From NCBI RefSeq assembly GCF_964355755.1, contig NC_092672.1, forward strand, positions 27,410,437-27,474,436: a DNA stretch of 64,000 nt, given 5' to 3'. Below the pieces are notes generated by a model. That model saw nothing but the letters and a program-made list of their open reading frames with translations. It was not told where the DNA came from and searched no databases. The position numbers and the translations under genes were made by a program. Positions 1 through 11,024 of the stretch are shown here, in pieces (within the stretch, counting starts at the first letter, position 1; each line of letters begins with the position of its first letter). Source of the stretch: Antedon mediterranea. Lineage: Eukaryota; Animalia; Echinodermata.

Positions 1-245
1 CCCCCAAGCTATGACCTGGGATGTTTGTTACATTATTTTGTTTTCATTAATTCTAAAAGTAAGCGATAAAAATACTACAGTCATTGCAAATAATGTCAGT
101 GCTCACTGTAAAATGAAAAACAATCCTGAATCTCGTTACTATATTACTTCTTAATATACATATATATTTTCTTCTTGTTTTGTTTGTGTAAATATTAAAA
201 TAATAGATGTTTTTTTATGTTATTGGTATTGTTTTTTGTTGGAAG

Positions 246-390
246 TGTTGTATATTGTGCTCTGGGAATGAATGATTACACTAAGTATTTCACTAAGAAA
301 TCAGACCATGTGCTAATGTTCAGCCATCTTGTAGAACTCCTTTATTAGTCTCCAATCCAGTCGTTAAATTGCTAATATGAATATATTACA
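246..390 (-). repeat. 3' LTR of Gypsy element 1
   Basis: Direct repeat of 4172-4316; adjacent to PPT. Confidence 0.95.
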
Positions 391-566
391 TTACTTCCTT
401 CTTTTAAAATTGAGTCAAGTGATACAGGTATTGGTTTTGTAAAATACAGTATTAATTATAGTATGGCTATCTAACATAACATTCTAAAACTAAGTAACAA
501 TAAACATAATGCATATAACAAAAACAAGATCTTCTAGATTCAAATTAACTATATAATGATTACATC

Positions 567-1536
567 TTATTTCCCTTTTCCTTTCTCTCTCTTTACATCA
601 GATGTGGTATCCAACATCATGTGATTAGGATGTATTATTTTAACCAATCGTCCTATTTTAACTTCATACTTTCTTGGACCTAATACCTTTATTACTATGC
701 CATTTAGCCATTTATCTTGTCCTTTACCTTGTGTTCTCATGTTTTTCACTTTTACTTTGTCTGACACTGAAAAGATTCTTTCTGATTGTGTTTTAGGATC
801 TTTATGTAGTTTTTGGCTATATTGTTTACATTCTATTCGTTCTGCTAAACTAGGATTTACTAATGACAGTCTTGTTCTTAAATTTCGTTTCAGAAATAAT
901 TCAGATGGTGTACACTTAGTAGTTGTATGAGGTGTCATTCTGTATCTGAATAAAAAGTTAGCTAGTCTAACTTTGATATTATCCTTTTTGCCTTCAATCA
1001 CTTGTTTTGTTAACGCCTCTTTAATTACTCTAACCGATCTTTCGGCAGCCCCATTTGTGGGTGCATGATAAACAGGTGAAAACGTTAATGCAATACCATT
1101 ATTTTGGCAAAATATTTTAAAGTCTGTACTTGCAAACTGAGGACCGTTATCACAAACAATTTCCTCGGGTAAACCGAAACGTGCAAATATTAGTTTTAGT
1201 TCCTCAATGGTTCTAGTACTTGTGGTTGTTTTCATATGAACTACCTCTAACCACTTTGAGTGACTATCAATTAACACTAAGAAATTATCTTTATCCTTCT
1301 CATAAAAATCAATGTGAATTCTCTGGAATGGTCTAGTTGGCCATTTCCAAGGAATAAGTGGTGTGGTAGGTAAACTACTCCTAACACTTAACCATATTCT
1401 CAATATCTAGATCAAGCTTAGGCCACCACAGGTATGATCGGGCAATTGCCTTCATCTGGCAAATTCCAGGGTGTTCCCAATGTAATTCTGTTAGCATTTA
1501 ATCTCGTAATTCAGTAGGAATAATAACTCTAGGACC
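567..1536 (-). pseudogene. pol: Gypsy integrase (rve core in ORF 567-1403; upstream zinc-finger part broken by stops and a frameshift)
   Basis: RIHIDF, IDSHSKW, FGLPEEIVCDNGPQF, NGAAERSV motifs; LHWEHPGICQMKAIARSYLWWP readable at ~1400-1490. Confidence 0.9.
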
Positions 1537-3618
1537 TCATAATAGGCAATTTCCAACACATGTTAGCTCAATCTTTCTCTGTACAAATGGTTTCAAACTA
1601 TTATTTTCACTTAGAAGTTTACATGCAGCCTCATTAGGCCATCCTTGCTTTACATAATTAAGTACCTTACTTAAAGTTTCATCTTTAATAGTCTTTCGTT
1701 CAATTTCATCTGCTTTGATTGGAAAGTCTTCATCAATACTGATACTGTAGATCGCATGTTCAAGTTGTTGGGTTTCTTCTTTATGTGGTAAGCGCGATAA
1801 TGCGTCTGCCACTGCGTTATCCTCTGAACGTATGTATTCTATTTTGTAGTTGTATTCGTTAAGTAGTAACGCCCACCGTTGGATTCTACTAGCTGCCACT
1901 ACCGGCACCTCGGTGGTTGGACCTAGTATCTTAGTTAATGGTTTGTGGTCCGTACGAATCGTAAATTTTCGACCTATGAGATACTTGTTAAAGCGCTTGA
2001 TTCCATAAATAATTGATATTATTAGTTGTTTGGTGTTTTGTGGCTGCGGAGCCTCTTTAATCGGTTTGATTTTGCTATCAACCGGAGATATACCATGTTT
2101 GTCGACTCGCAATCCCAAATACACTACTTCGCTTTCCAAAAATTTGCACTTGGAAGTTTTTAGTTTTACATTGTTGTCTTTGAAACGTTTAAATACAGTG
2201 TCTAATACTCTTAAGTTCTCGGCTTCGGTTTTCGTATGGATCAAAACATCATCTTGATTGCATAAGCAACATTCAATCCCTGTTAACATCTTATCCATTT
2301 GTTTTTGGAACAGCTTTGATGCAGGTTTAATTCCATACGGCAGTTTGTTAAACGTATATAGACCTTTGTGTGTGTTTATAGTTACAAACTCTTCGTCAAT
2401 ATTCAACTGTGTGTACGCATGTGATAAGTCAAGCTTTGTAAATACACGTTTTCCTGAAAGTTCAGAGTACAAATCATCAGCACTGGGTAAGCTGTATTCT
2501 TCATCTGTTACATGTTGGTTTATAGTAACACTATAGTCCCCACAAATTCTAACAGTACCGTCGGATTTAGGAACCACTACTATAGGTGATGCCCAATTTG
2601 ATTTTTCTACTTTCGTTAGTACATGTTCATTTTCTAATCTAACCAACTCTCTTTCTACTTTAGATTTCATTGCATATGGTACAAATCTAGCTTTACAATA
2701 TATGGGTTGAACATTTTGTTTCATGTTAATATGAACTTTTTCTCCTGTAATACCTTTCTTATCAGACTCAAACAATTGTGCATGTTCTTTTAACAATGCC
2801 TGTAACTGAGAATTATCTCTCATATTTACACCTTTATCTTTTTGCAGACTATTTACATTTCTGGAATTTAAGTTTTGGGTTATTTTTGACCAGTCTAGTT
2901 TAACCACATTAAGCCAATCTACACCAAGTAAAGTCGGTTTAGCTTTATAGTCAGCTACGTTAGCACTCAGATAGTGTATGACATTTTGTTTGTCAACAAC
3001 TTTACACTTAATTTTTCCAATTAACTTAAGTTTCTCACCACTGTATGTTTTAAGAGGAATAACATCTGGGTCAATTTTAATATGACTAAAATATTTGTTG
3101 TAGGTATCAATAGACATTATAGTATCATCAGCTTGAGTATCAATTAGCATTTCAAGATTAACATCATTTACGTTTAAAATGGTTTTGAAATGACTTCTAT
3201 CTATCTTATTATTACTTAATACAAACATTGAATGATCAATGTCGCTATCATCTGAGAACCCTCGTTCTGTTTGATTGACACGTCTAGCTCGTGCTCGTGT
3301 ACTTCCTGTTTGATTACCGCGTCTTCTATTACCACCGCGTGAACTTTGGTCGTTATGTCGCTGGTTGTTTCTACCACGTGAAGAATTTCCCTTGTGTGTA
3401 CTCTTTGAATAACACTGTGTTGCGTAATGTCCTACTCTTGAACAACGATAGCATATTCTATTGCTAGCTGGACACTGTGAAGCGGTATGGCCTGGTGTAG
3501 AACCACACTTATTACATTGCTTCGCTTGAGTTATTTTATTAACTGAATGATCTGCCTTAGTCTCGCCACTACGACTAGGCATACTACTACTAGAAGTTAT
3601 CACCGTTCTCCATTTCAT
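1537..3618 (-). pseudogene. pol: Gypsy gag C-terminus (two CCHC knuckles), protease, RT and partial RNase H; internal in-frame deletion
   Basis: CNKCGSTPGH...C, CYRCSRVGHYATQC, LIDTQAD, WASPIVVVPK, RICGDY, KLDLSHAY, LPYG, NQDD, TDHKPL, ADALSR; ends at a premature TGA. Confidence 0.9.
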
Positions 3619-3705
3619 TAGATTGTTTAGTTGTTAGTTCATTTGTCCTACCATGTAGAAGTAACTCATCTAATGTACATCCACCCGTTTTCAAACCAAA
3701 TTTTC

Positions 3706-4116
3706 TTAGCTTAGAATCTGTTGTCGATTGAATAATATGTGATTTAATCTCTCCACTGTATCATGGAAATCACACTTATCAGCTTGTTCACGTAGTCTAA
3801 TGTGATACACGTCAATGCTCTCACCTTTATTTTGCTGTAACTTTCTAAATTTCGATCTTTCAAATTCACTGTTCGATGATGGTAAGAAGTAATTTTTTAA
3901 AGCTTCTTTTGCCTGTACGTATGTCGTACCTTTATTTGGTAGCATTTCAAATGTGTTAAAGTTTCCTGGGCCAATGAAGTGTAGCAGTAGTGCTCTCTTC
4001 CTTACGTCAGCAGTCACGTTCGCCGCCACCAAGTAGTTATCAAACCTGGCGATCCATCTCGCCCATTCTTGTATGGTTGGATCAAAATACTCCACCGATA
4101 TGTCAAATTTAGACAT
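3706..4116 (-). pseudogene. gag: Gypsy gag N-terminus, frameshifted
   Basis: WARWIARFDNYL...KRALLLHFIG...ERSKFRKLQQNKGESID...LREQADKCDF, typical of Mag-type gag; starts just after the PBS. Confidence 0.85.
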
Positions 4117-4171
4117 TATTGCTTACTTATAATATTCATGGAGTTCACTTATCCACAATTCTCGTCGCCAA

Positions 4172-4316
4172 TGTTGTATATTGTGCTCTGGGAATGAATG
4201 ATTACACTAAGTATTTCACTAAGAAATCAGACCATGTGCTAATGTTCAGCCATCTTGTAGAACTCCTTTATTAGTCTCCAATCCAGTTGTTAAATTGCTA
4301 ATATGAATATATTACA
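4172..4316 (-). repeat. 5' LTR of Gypsy element 1
   Basis: Direct repeat of 246-390; adjacent to PBS. Confidence 0.95.
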
Positions 4317-4439
4317 GGAAGCATCAGTGAAAGTGGGCCGAATCGTCCCGTCACACCTGGGCTGAATCACCCCGCATTTAGCCATTGCTTTAAATAGCAA
4401 AGGAAACAAAAACAAAGAATCCATTCAAGAGCCTAACAC

Positions 4440-5900
4440 AACAAATAATGACATTAGTTCAAATTAAAAGCAGTTTGCTGAATTTAGCGCTAATTTCAAT
4501 GATATGAACAACGGAATAGATGAAGTGAACGCCATTGAAATGAACGAGAACATTAGCAGGACAGATGGATAATATAAATATATCAGTAGAACAAATGCAA
4601 GATAGATTAGTATCTGGAAAAACAAATACACACCTGATGACGAGGATTGACAGTATTGAAGGACAGAGCAGACGCAATAATTTATCAATTAAAAGAGATC
4701 ATCATTTGGAAACAAGATCCAGACCGTGAGACCGATCATCGTTAAATTCGAGAAGTTCAAACAAAAAGGAGAAGTTTTAGTGAAGACTATTCAGATGGCA
4801 ATGCGATAAAAGTAACGCAAGCATTCAAACAAAATGAAACAAAAATATAAACTACCGATATTATCAAATGAATAGCATGGACCATTAACATTATTCAAGA
4901 CACTTGCAAAAGATGCAAAAATATATTTATTGCTTTTGTATATTTTCCACATTTGTATGGGATCCACATATGCAACTTTTTTTATATCCTATCTAACGAA
5001 CTTTTAAAACTTAAATCGGATCACGACTGCCCTATATTGATAGCAGGGGATTTAATGGGTAGAACAGGAACTGAATTAAACAACATTAAAAATGATAATA
5101 ATTCTACTAATGCATTAAACACAGAAACGAATAAATCGATACACAATATAATGTTGGTAATCATGTAAATAAATATGGCAATTATATACTTGAGTTTTGT
5201 AAAGAAACAGGCATGAGTATAACTAATAAAAGAATAAATAAAACTGCTACACATTTGTTGGTCACCAGAGATGTAGTGTATTTGACTATTAATTAGCTCC
5301 ATATGAAGAATTTAAAACCACATCTATAATGATAGATAAACGTGTAGAGTCTGACCAAACTTGATACATAGTAGACATTGATAATAGTGAATGTCATAAT
5401 GCTGATCATACAGTAATAACAATAATATTTTGAGAATTTTAAATCAATGTCAATTAAAAGATAACTATACAACACCACGACACGTTAGGAGTCGAGTACG
5501 AAGCAATATAAAAGGTAGATACTATGTTTAAGAACACGATAACCCGCGAGGGTCACCCCTGTCATCGTCACTATTTAACATATTTATGAATGATCTAAGC
5601 CACAAAATAAAGATACCGGGAAAAAAACAATTCGGTTTTAAACCTGCTATAATATGTAGATAATGTATTACTATATCCAGACACAATAAAGGGCTCAAAA
5701 AATGTAACAATACATTTGAAATATTTTGTGACACATGGGGAAATTAAGAACATTTGTTGAAAAGTGGTATAAAACATTCAGATGGAAGTTGTTGAATCGT
5801 CAAAATAAAATCATCCAAGTATTAGGCCTAGAAGGAACAACCATCTGTTTTTAAAGCTAAATGTTTAGGCATATAGTTCGTTTCCATGTAGCCAGAATGT
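4440..5900 (+). mobile_element. Heavily decayed and internally deleted LINE (CR1/L2-like): ORF1, endonuclease and RT remnants
   Basis: VRPIIVKFEKFKQK (~4725, ORF1-like), PILIAGDLMGRTG (~5030, APE-like), PRGSPLSSSLFNIFMNDL (~5545, RT) in the expected order; boundaries approximate. Confidence 0.65.
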
Positions 5901-7630
5901 CACAAATTACAATATGCTGAAAATTATTTTGATAGTCATCTACATTAATTTTGTTTGCGTATTTTGCTTAGTTAATTGATTCGTGAATGAGATAATGTTG
6001 TAATTGCTGTTTGCACTCAAACGCAAACACTCAAGACAGGATTATATTTTTTTTAAATAAAAAATAGTTTGTAATACCTAATTGATTGAGGAATGAGATT
6101 AAAGATGCTGTAATGGTCTTTGAAAACAAAGCTAAGGGGTGGCGCCAAAATGTCGCGACTTGATAAGCAAACAATAATAATTTAAACTAAAAGAAAGTAA
6201 AAATAAAGATTATCAACTTATAAAATGGTAATAGGAGTATAAAGAAGTAAAGTTTAACTCCCTTTTCAAAAAATGTTTGAAGAACAATAACAATTACATT
6301 TACATAGTAATAATAATAATTATAAAAAGATAACTTATTTTAACATAATTTACACCAGTTTACTCGTTAGGACAAAACAAGTGTCAATGGTCAGAGGGAT
6401 TACTTTCGAAATTTAATTCCAATGTGTATCTTACATCATATATACACTTTCATACAATTCGTGTGTGGTGTCAGCCCCGGTCCTTTTCAAACTTGAATAA
6501 CATTAGTCAAAGGGGTGTGGTCTGTTACCTATAGTATAATAGACGGGCCTGTCAAGACGTCACAAACAATCGGATGAATTCGAAAGAATATGTTTTGTTA
6601 TCAAAAACAAGTAAATTAAATCAAATTATTTAAAAGTATTACTTTTGCTTCTTGTACAAACGTAAAGTTTTATAGACTAATAATTCTCTAGAAACTGTAA
6701 TTTTTAGTTAAAATGTTCCGTTAATGCCACTCAGTTGTACCAAATCTATTTTAAATGACACCAGTGACCCTCTTTACAATAAACTTAATTCCGCATTCGG
6801 ACACCGACCTCTCGCACCAACCGGTACCTTCTCTCCTTCCTTCCACAAGTCATTCAACTTTTTAATAAAAATTGTAAACGTAACTGATAATTTGAAATAA
6901 GGTTATTGTTAAATTTTGTTTCATGTTTTATGACATTCTTTTCCTGATTTGTAATTGTTTACTTTTTATTTATTTATTTGTTTGTTGACCATATACCTTT
7001 GAATCAGTGGCACTCAGAATATGCGGTGCGGTCCAGGAAACAAAACAGTACAGAAAATATTGAAACTATACCTAAGCTTTTTTTTAACACTTGAAAGATC
7101 GATTTAATAACATTGTTTAGACTGAATAAGAGAAAGATTATATCATGTCACCATAAGAGACAATTGTGAATACAAATATAAGTTTGAAATTTCAAGCAGC
7201 TGTCGAAAGTCAAAAATTAGTCAATTTACAAAACATTATTAAACCAGGTTTTATTATACTAAATTGTTTTGACTTTTGTAAACATACAGTCTATAACACA
7301 CATTATAACATTCTTACTTCATACTTTATTCAGCTAAATGTATAATACTGTACAAATAAATAACAGAATAAACAAACATAACATGATTGATGATAGTGAC
7401 ACACAATCTGCAGTAGAAGTTCAAGCATAATGAAGATGAGGGCTCACTCTCACTAGCTACTAAACCAGGTATGGCCAGGTACAGTATATTAAATAATTAG
7501 AACACTAATACTGGTGAATACGATCCACTGAATATTTTCAAATATAAAACAAGGGTCAAAATATAGATAATTTTTAAGATAATAAAAGGTTAATTAGATT
7601 ATTTCATTTCATAAGACTATATTATATTGA

Positions 7631-8113
7631 TACGTTCTTATATGCATGCATCCTACAACAACAAACAATATAAAATAACGTAAAAATAAAGATTCAAAAT
7701 AACAAAAGCCACTTATGTCTGTTGCTGGCAATCTCACGCAAATTAATTAGGTCGATAAAATTATTTATCTTAACATTTTTGATAAATAAATCATTTCTAA
7801 GTGTACTTAACAGATTGGTTTGATGTTTTCCAATTCGCCCTTTTATTGGATTAGAGTGTACTATACCAAACACCAATGCTGAAAAAGCAGGAGTATCTTC
7901 ACTCATTCTAAGTATATGGCCAAGCATAGACCACCTAAGTTTATTTACATTCTCAGATAAAGGTTTAGTATTTGTTACCAAATATAACTTATTATTGCTA
8001 ATCTTTTTCGGATATCTCACATTAATAATAGTTCTTAAGTGAGACCTATGACAGGTATCAGATTTTGTAAATACACAGTGCGTGGTTTTGTTACATTTTT
8101 TGGAATAAAGTTA

Positions 8114-8143
<30 letters not shown>
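7631..8143 (-). mobile_element. 5'-truncated RTE-like LINE insertion with 13-bp TSD
   Basis: ORF 7694-8020 (RWSMLGHILRM...) resembles an RTE C-terminus; TSD TATATTATATTGA at 7618-7630 and 8144-8156; insertion absent from the duplicate at ~14002-14014. Confidence 0.8.
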
Positions 8144-8153
<10 letters not shown>

Positions 8154-8990
8154 TGAGAATATGGTTCCATCACTGTTCTCCTCAATCTTTTTAAATAAAT
8201 ATTTAAGTAAATTTATTGGATCGAAAAACATTTACAATAGAACACCACGCAATGTAAGTCTTGTATCTGGCATGAACCAGTTTAAATACATTCTCCTTAT
8301 TTTAATGTTTTGGGTGGAGTTTATCTCTCGTTGTTTTATTTCACAGGGAAGAATTATAAAAATAGATTTATAGTGTAACTTTTTTGCGATAAGAAAATAG
8401 ACAACATGTAACATTTTAAAGTGTACACTTAATGTTGCTGTTTTGTTAGACAATTATTAATGTAAGCTAATTGTAATTAATAAATGTTTTAAGATGATGT
8501 GTCTTTATCTCTCATTGATCATATAACAGCTAAAGTCCATTCCAAATTCACTATTTATATCTTCTAAAGTAAATTTAAATAGTGTAGGATTTTGTTTTAA
8601 ATTGATTGTTACGGTATTTCAATTGTGTTATCAAAAGTACAACATACTAGTTCTATTGATTTTATTTTTTGTATTGTTCTGTCTCAGGTTATTAATTAGT
8701 CTATTATTTGTTTAGACAGAAGGCAAGGCAACGGAATAGATTTATTGATTTTACATATCCTTTACAATTGAGACATAGGCCTACAAGTCTTGTGAAAACT
8801 ATATACACAGTTAAAACTAGACTACCGAAGGATCAGGTTGTGATAAATAGTGTGAACATTCTGGAATTGATAAGTTGTTATTCTTCAGTTAACATTTGTG
8901 TTTCTCTTGTTTAAAGTATAGCAGTTGTTATTACTTATTTATTCAAGGTATTGGAACTGTGAGCCACTAGCACTTGACATAAACCTAATT

Positions 8991-11024
8991 ATGGCAGCTG
9001 AAGATAAATCTAAACGATATGATGATTTGGATACAATCGCAGATAAGTTCCTCAAGATGGCCATTGGTTCAAGATTTCTTTACATTGCTTCTATTGAAGT
9101 TGACCAGAAACTATGGGAAATTGCTTTTAAACAATTACCCTGCATAACTTATCAAAAATATATGGTGGGAAGTTATTTCGAATCTATGCCTGAGATAATA
9201 AGTGGAGATCAAGATTTCATGTATAATCACTCGCATTATCCAGTTGTATTGTGGCCATTTGAACCAGCAAGGAAGTATCATAAAGGTGGTTATGTAATGG
9301 CTGAGATGAATCCAATGCAACCAGCCTATTTTACATTGAAAGTAAACAGCAACTGGCCTTTGGATGAGTCTTTAAATAATGTTATGAAGAATAATTATAT
9401 AATGCCTGATGCTTTTATAAGAGCAGATGAATTCTTTTATTCTCGTAACTCCAGAAAACATGGTCCTTCAGTAGAAGTACTTAAAAAGCACTATAATACT
9501 GATAGCACATTATGTTTGAAATGTCAGTCATGGCCATTTCATTCAAAAGATTTTTTCACAAGAGAAAGAAAAACTAGCTGGCCAACAAGAAATGTTGCTA
9601 AACTTGATAGTCTAGTAGTTGGTATTGGACACCCAGGTAGTACATTGACAGAATTTGAATGGAGGTTATCTTTTTCTTTGGCTGAAAGAGAACTCTGTTT
9701 TAAACTTAGTGAGCCATATGCTAGATGCATGTGTGCTTTAAAGGCAACAAAAAAGACAATGCCATTTAGTGAATCTGATTCACCATCACCATTCTGTTCT
9801 TACTTTATTAAGACAGCTTGCTTCTGGATGTGTGAAACGTTTCCTACTGAAGGTCATAGCACTATGGACTTGATTAGAAAGACACTTGATTGGCTGATAA
9901 AATGCTATCAACAAAGGGACCTTCCTCATTATTTTATTAGCAAACAGAATTTGATTGGACATTTATCAAGAAAATCATGTAAAAGAGTGATATATTCATT
10001 GAAAGCGATTAAACAAGACCTTTGGAGTAATGTAATGTCAGGTGTTGCAGCTGCAACTGGTGACTTCATCAACATCTTTCGTTGTATTCTCAACATCCCA
10101 CTCCAACTCAATAGTCCTAGTGACTATGCTAAACTGGAGTCTATTCTACTGAAAAGCAGAAATGATATTGAAGTGATGAAAGATGTTTTAGTCACGAGCA
10201 ATGATGATTTCTTCAGTTGGAATCAACTGTCATGTCTATCTACTTTGCATTTTGCAGAAATTAGCTATATTATAGAAGAATACATACATGAAAACGTTGA
10301 TCCACTGGACATTCTTAAACTTAAACTAGATGAAATCATTGAATCAGTCTTGAAATGTGACAACTTAGTACCAAAAGGCTACAAGAAAGTATTTGAGCAT
10401 AGCTTGTATTGCTGTTTAGGAGATGCTTATATAGGATTTTTGAAAAGCTTGCAAGTAACTGGCAACTACAATCTGCATGACTACCTCAGTAAGCCATTGG
10501 ATTGTTATGAGAAAGGATCAGAGCTTGTGTACCCTGAGGATGGATGGAGTGATCAGGGTATAGGTATCAAGATTAATGTAATTAAATATTACTATTTAAT
10601 GAATGATGAAGAAAAACTGAAAGAGATGCTTGCCAAGTTTGAACGAGTACTTCATAAAGTCAAAAGAGACAAAGATGTAATAACAAAACTTAGAAAGGTT
10701 ATAGTATGTACTGAAGATATACACTTTGATGTTGCTTGGAGCATTGATAAGGACATATTTGATCTTGCCAAGAGTTCATTCACAATGTTCCACAATAATC
10801 CAATTGTCTTCATATTTTATGTTAGTGCAAAATTATCTCTAAAAGATGGAGATATTTATGGAGCTTATGTAAACTTAAATGAAATGAAGTCAAGTTTGAC
10901 TGTGATTGATCATTGTAGGCCTCCTACAGATTATGAGGTAACACAATCATTAATTAAAGTTATAGAAAGACTATTGTTTAAGTGTTTGTATGGGTTTTGG
11001 AAAGCTTATGTAGAAAGCTCTTAA
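8991..11024 (+). CDS. Mab-21/cGAS-like receptor (cGLR) nucleotidyltransferase with C-terminal helical extension, copy A (677 aa, intact)
   Basis: VGSYFESMPEIISGDQDFM (GS...DxD), KHGPS, TDSTLCLKCQSWP (third Asp), EWRLSFSLAEREL, CSYFIKTACFWMCE, LPHYFISKQNLI; ATG 8991 preferred over TTG 8925 because paralogs start here. Confidence 0.9.
   Translation: MAAEDKSKRYDDLDTIADKFLKMAIGSRFLYIASIEVDQKLWEIAFKQLPCITYQKYMVGSYFESMPEIISGDQDFMYNHSHYPVVLWPFEPARKYHKGGYVMAEMNPMQPAYFTLKVNSNWPLDESLNNVMKNNYIMPDAFIRADEFFYSRNSRKHGPSVEVLKKHYNTDSTLCLKCQSWPFHSKDFFTRERKTSWPTRNVAKLDSLVVGIGHPGSTLTEFEWRLSFSLAERELCFKLSEPYARCMCALKATKKTMPFSESDSPSPFCSYFIKTACFWMCETFPTEGHSTMDLIRKTLDWLIKCYQQRDLPHYFISKQNLIGHLSRKSCKRVIYSLKAIKQDLWSNVMSGVAAATGDFINIFRCILNIPLQLNSPSDYAKLESILLKSRNDIEVMKDVLVTSNDDFFSWNQLSCLSTLHFAEISYIIEEYIHENVDPLDILKLKLDEIIESVLKCDNLVPKGYKKVFEHSLYCCLGDAYIGFLKSLQVTGNYNLHDYLSKPLDCYEKGSELVYPEDGWSDQGIGIKINVIKYYYLMNDEEKLKEMLAKFERVLHKVKRDKDVITKLRKVIVCTEDIHFDVAWSIDKDIFDLAKSSFTMFHNNPIVFIFYVSAKLSLKDGDIYGAYVNLNEMKSSLTVIDHCRPPTDYEVTQSLIKVIERLLFKCLYGFWKAYVESS

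Larger units (their letters stand above)
246..4316 (-). mobile_element. Full-length but defective Ty3/Gypsy (Mag-like) LTR retrotransposon
   Basis: 145-bp LTRs at 246-390 and 4172-4316 (TG...CA, one mismatch seen); 5-bp TSD GGAAG at 241-245 and 4317-4321; PBS TGGCGACGAG (minus, 4161-4170, tRNA-Ser-like); polypurine tract (minus) at 391-405; gag-PR-RT-RH-IN order. Confidence 0.95.

Noticed and set aside
697-2536. Short ORFs antisense to Gypsy, LINE and cGLR coding regions (here and throughout)
   Set aside because: Shadow ORFs of real coding frames with no independent motifs
6070-6500. Short minus-strand segments bounded by AG/GT (~6077-6116, ~6437-6494) as exons of another gene
   Set aside because: No recognisable protein and such signals occur by chance in AT-rich DNA; needs RNA-seq
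8925-8990. N-terminal extensions of ORFs 8925, 14697 and 24139
   Set aside because: They begin at TTG codons; paralog homology starts at the downstream ATG, and the upstream sequence looks like intron or UTR
8991-11024. Bacterial CBASS CD-NTase operon interpretation
   Set aside because: Motifs are animal Mab-21 type, neighbours are LTR and LINE elements, and there are no effector genes or operon structure
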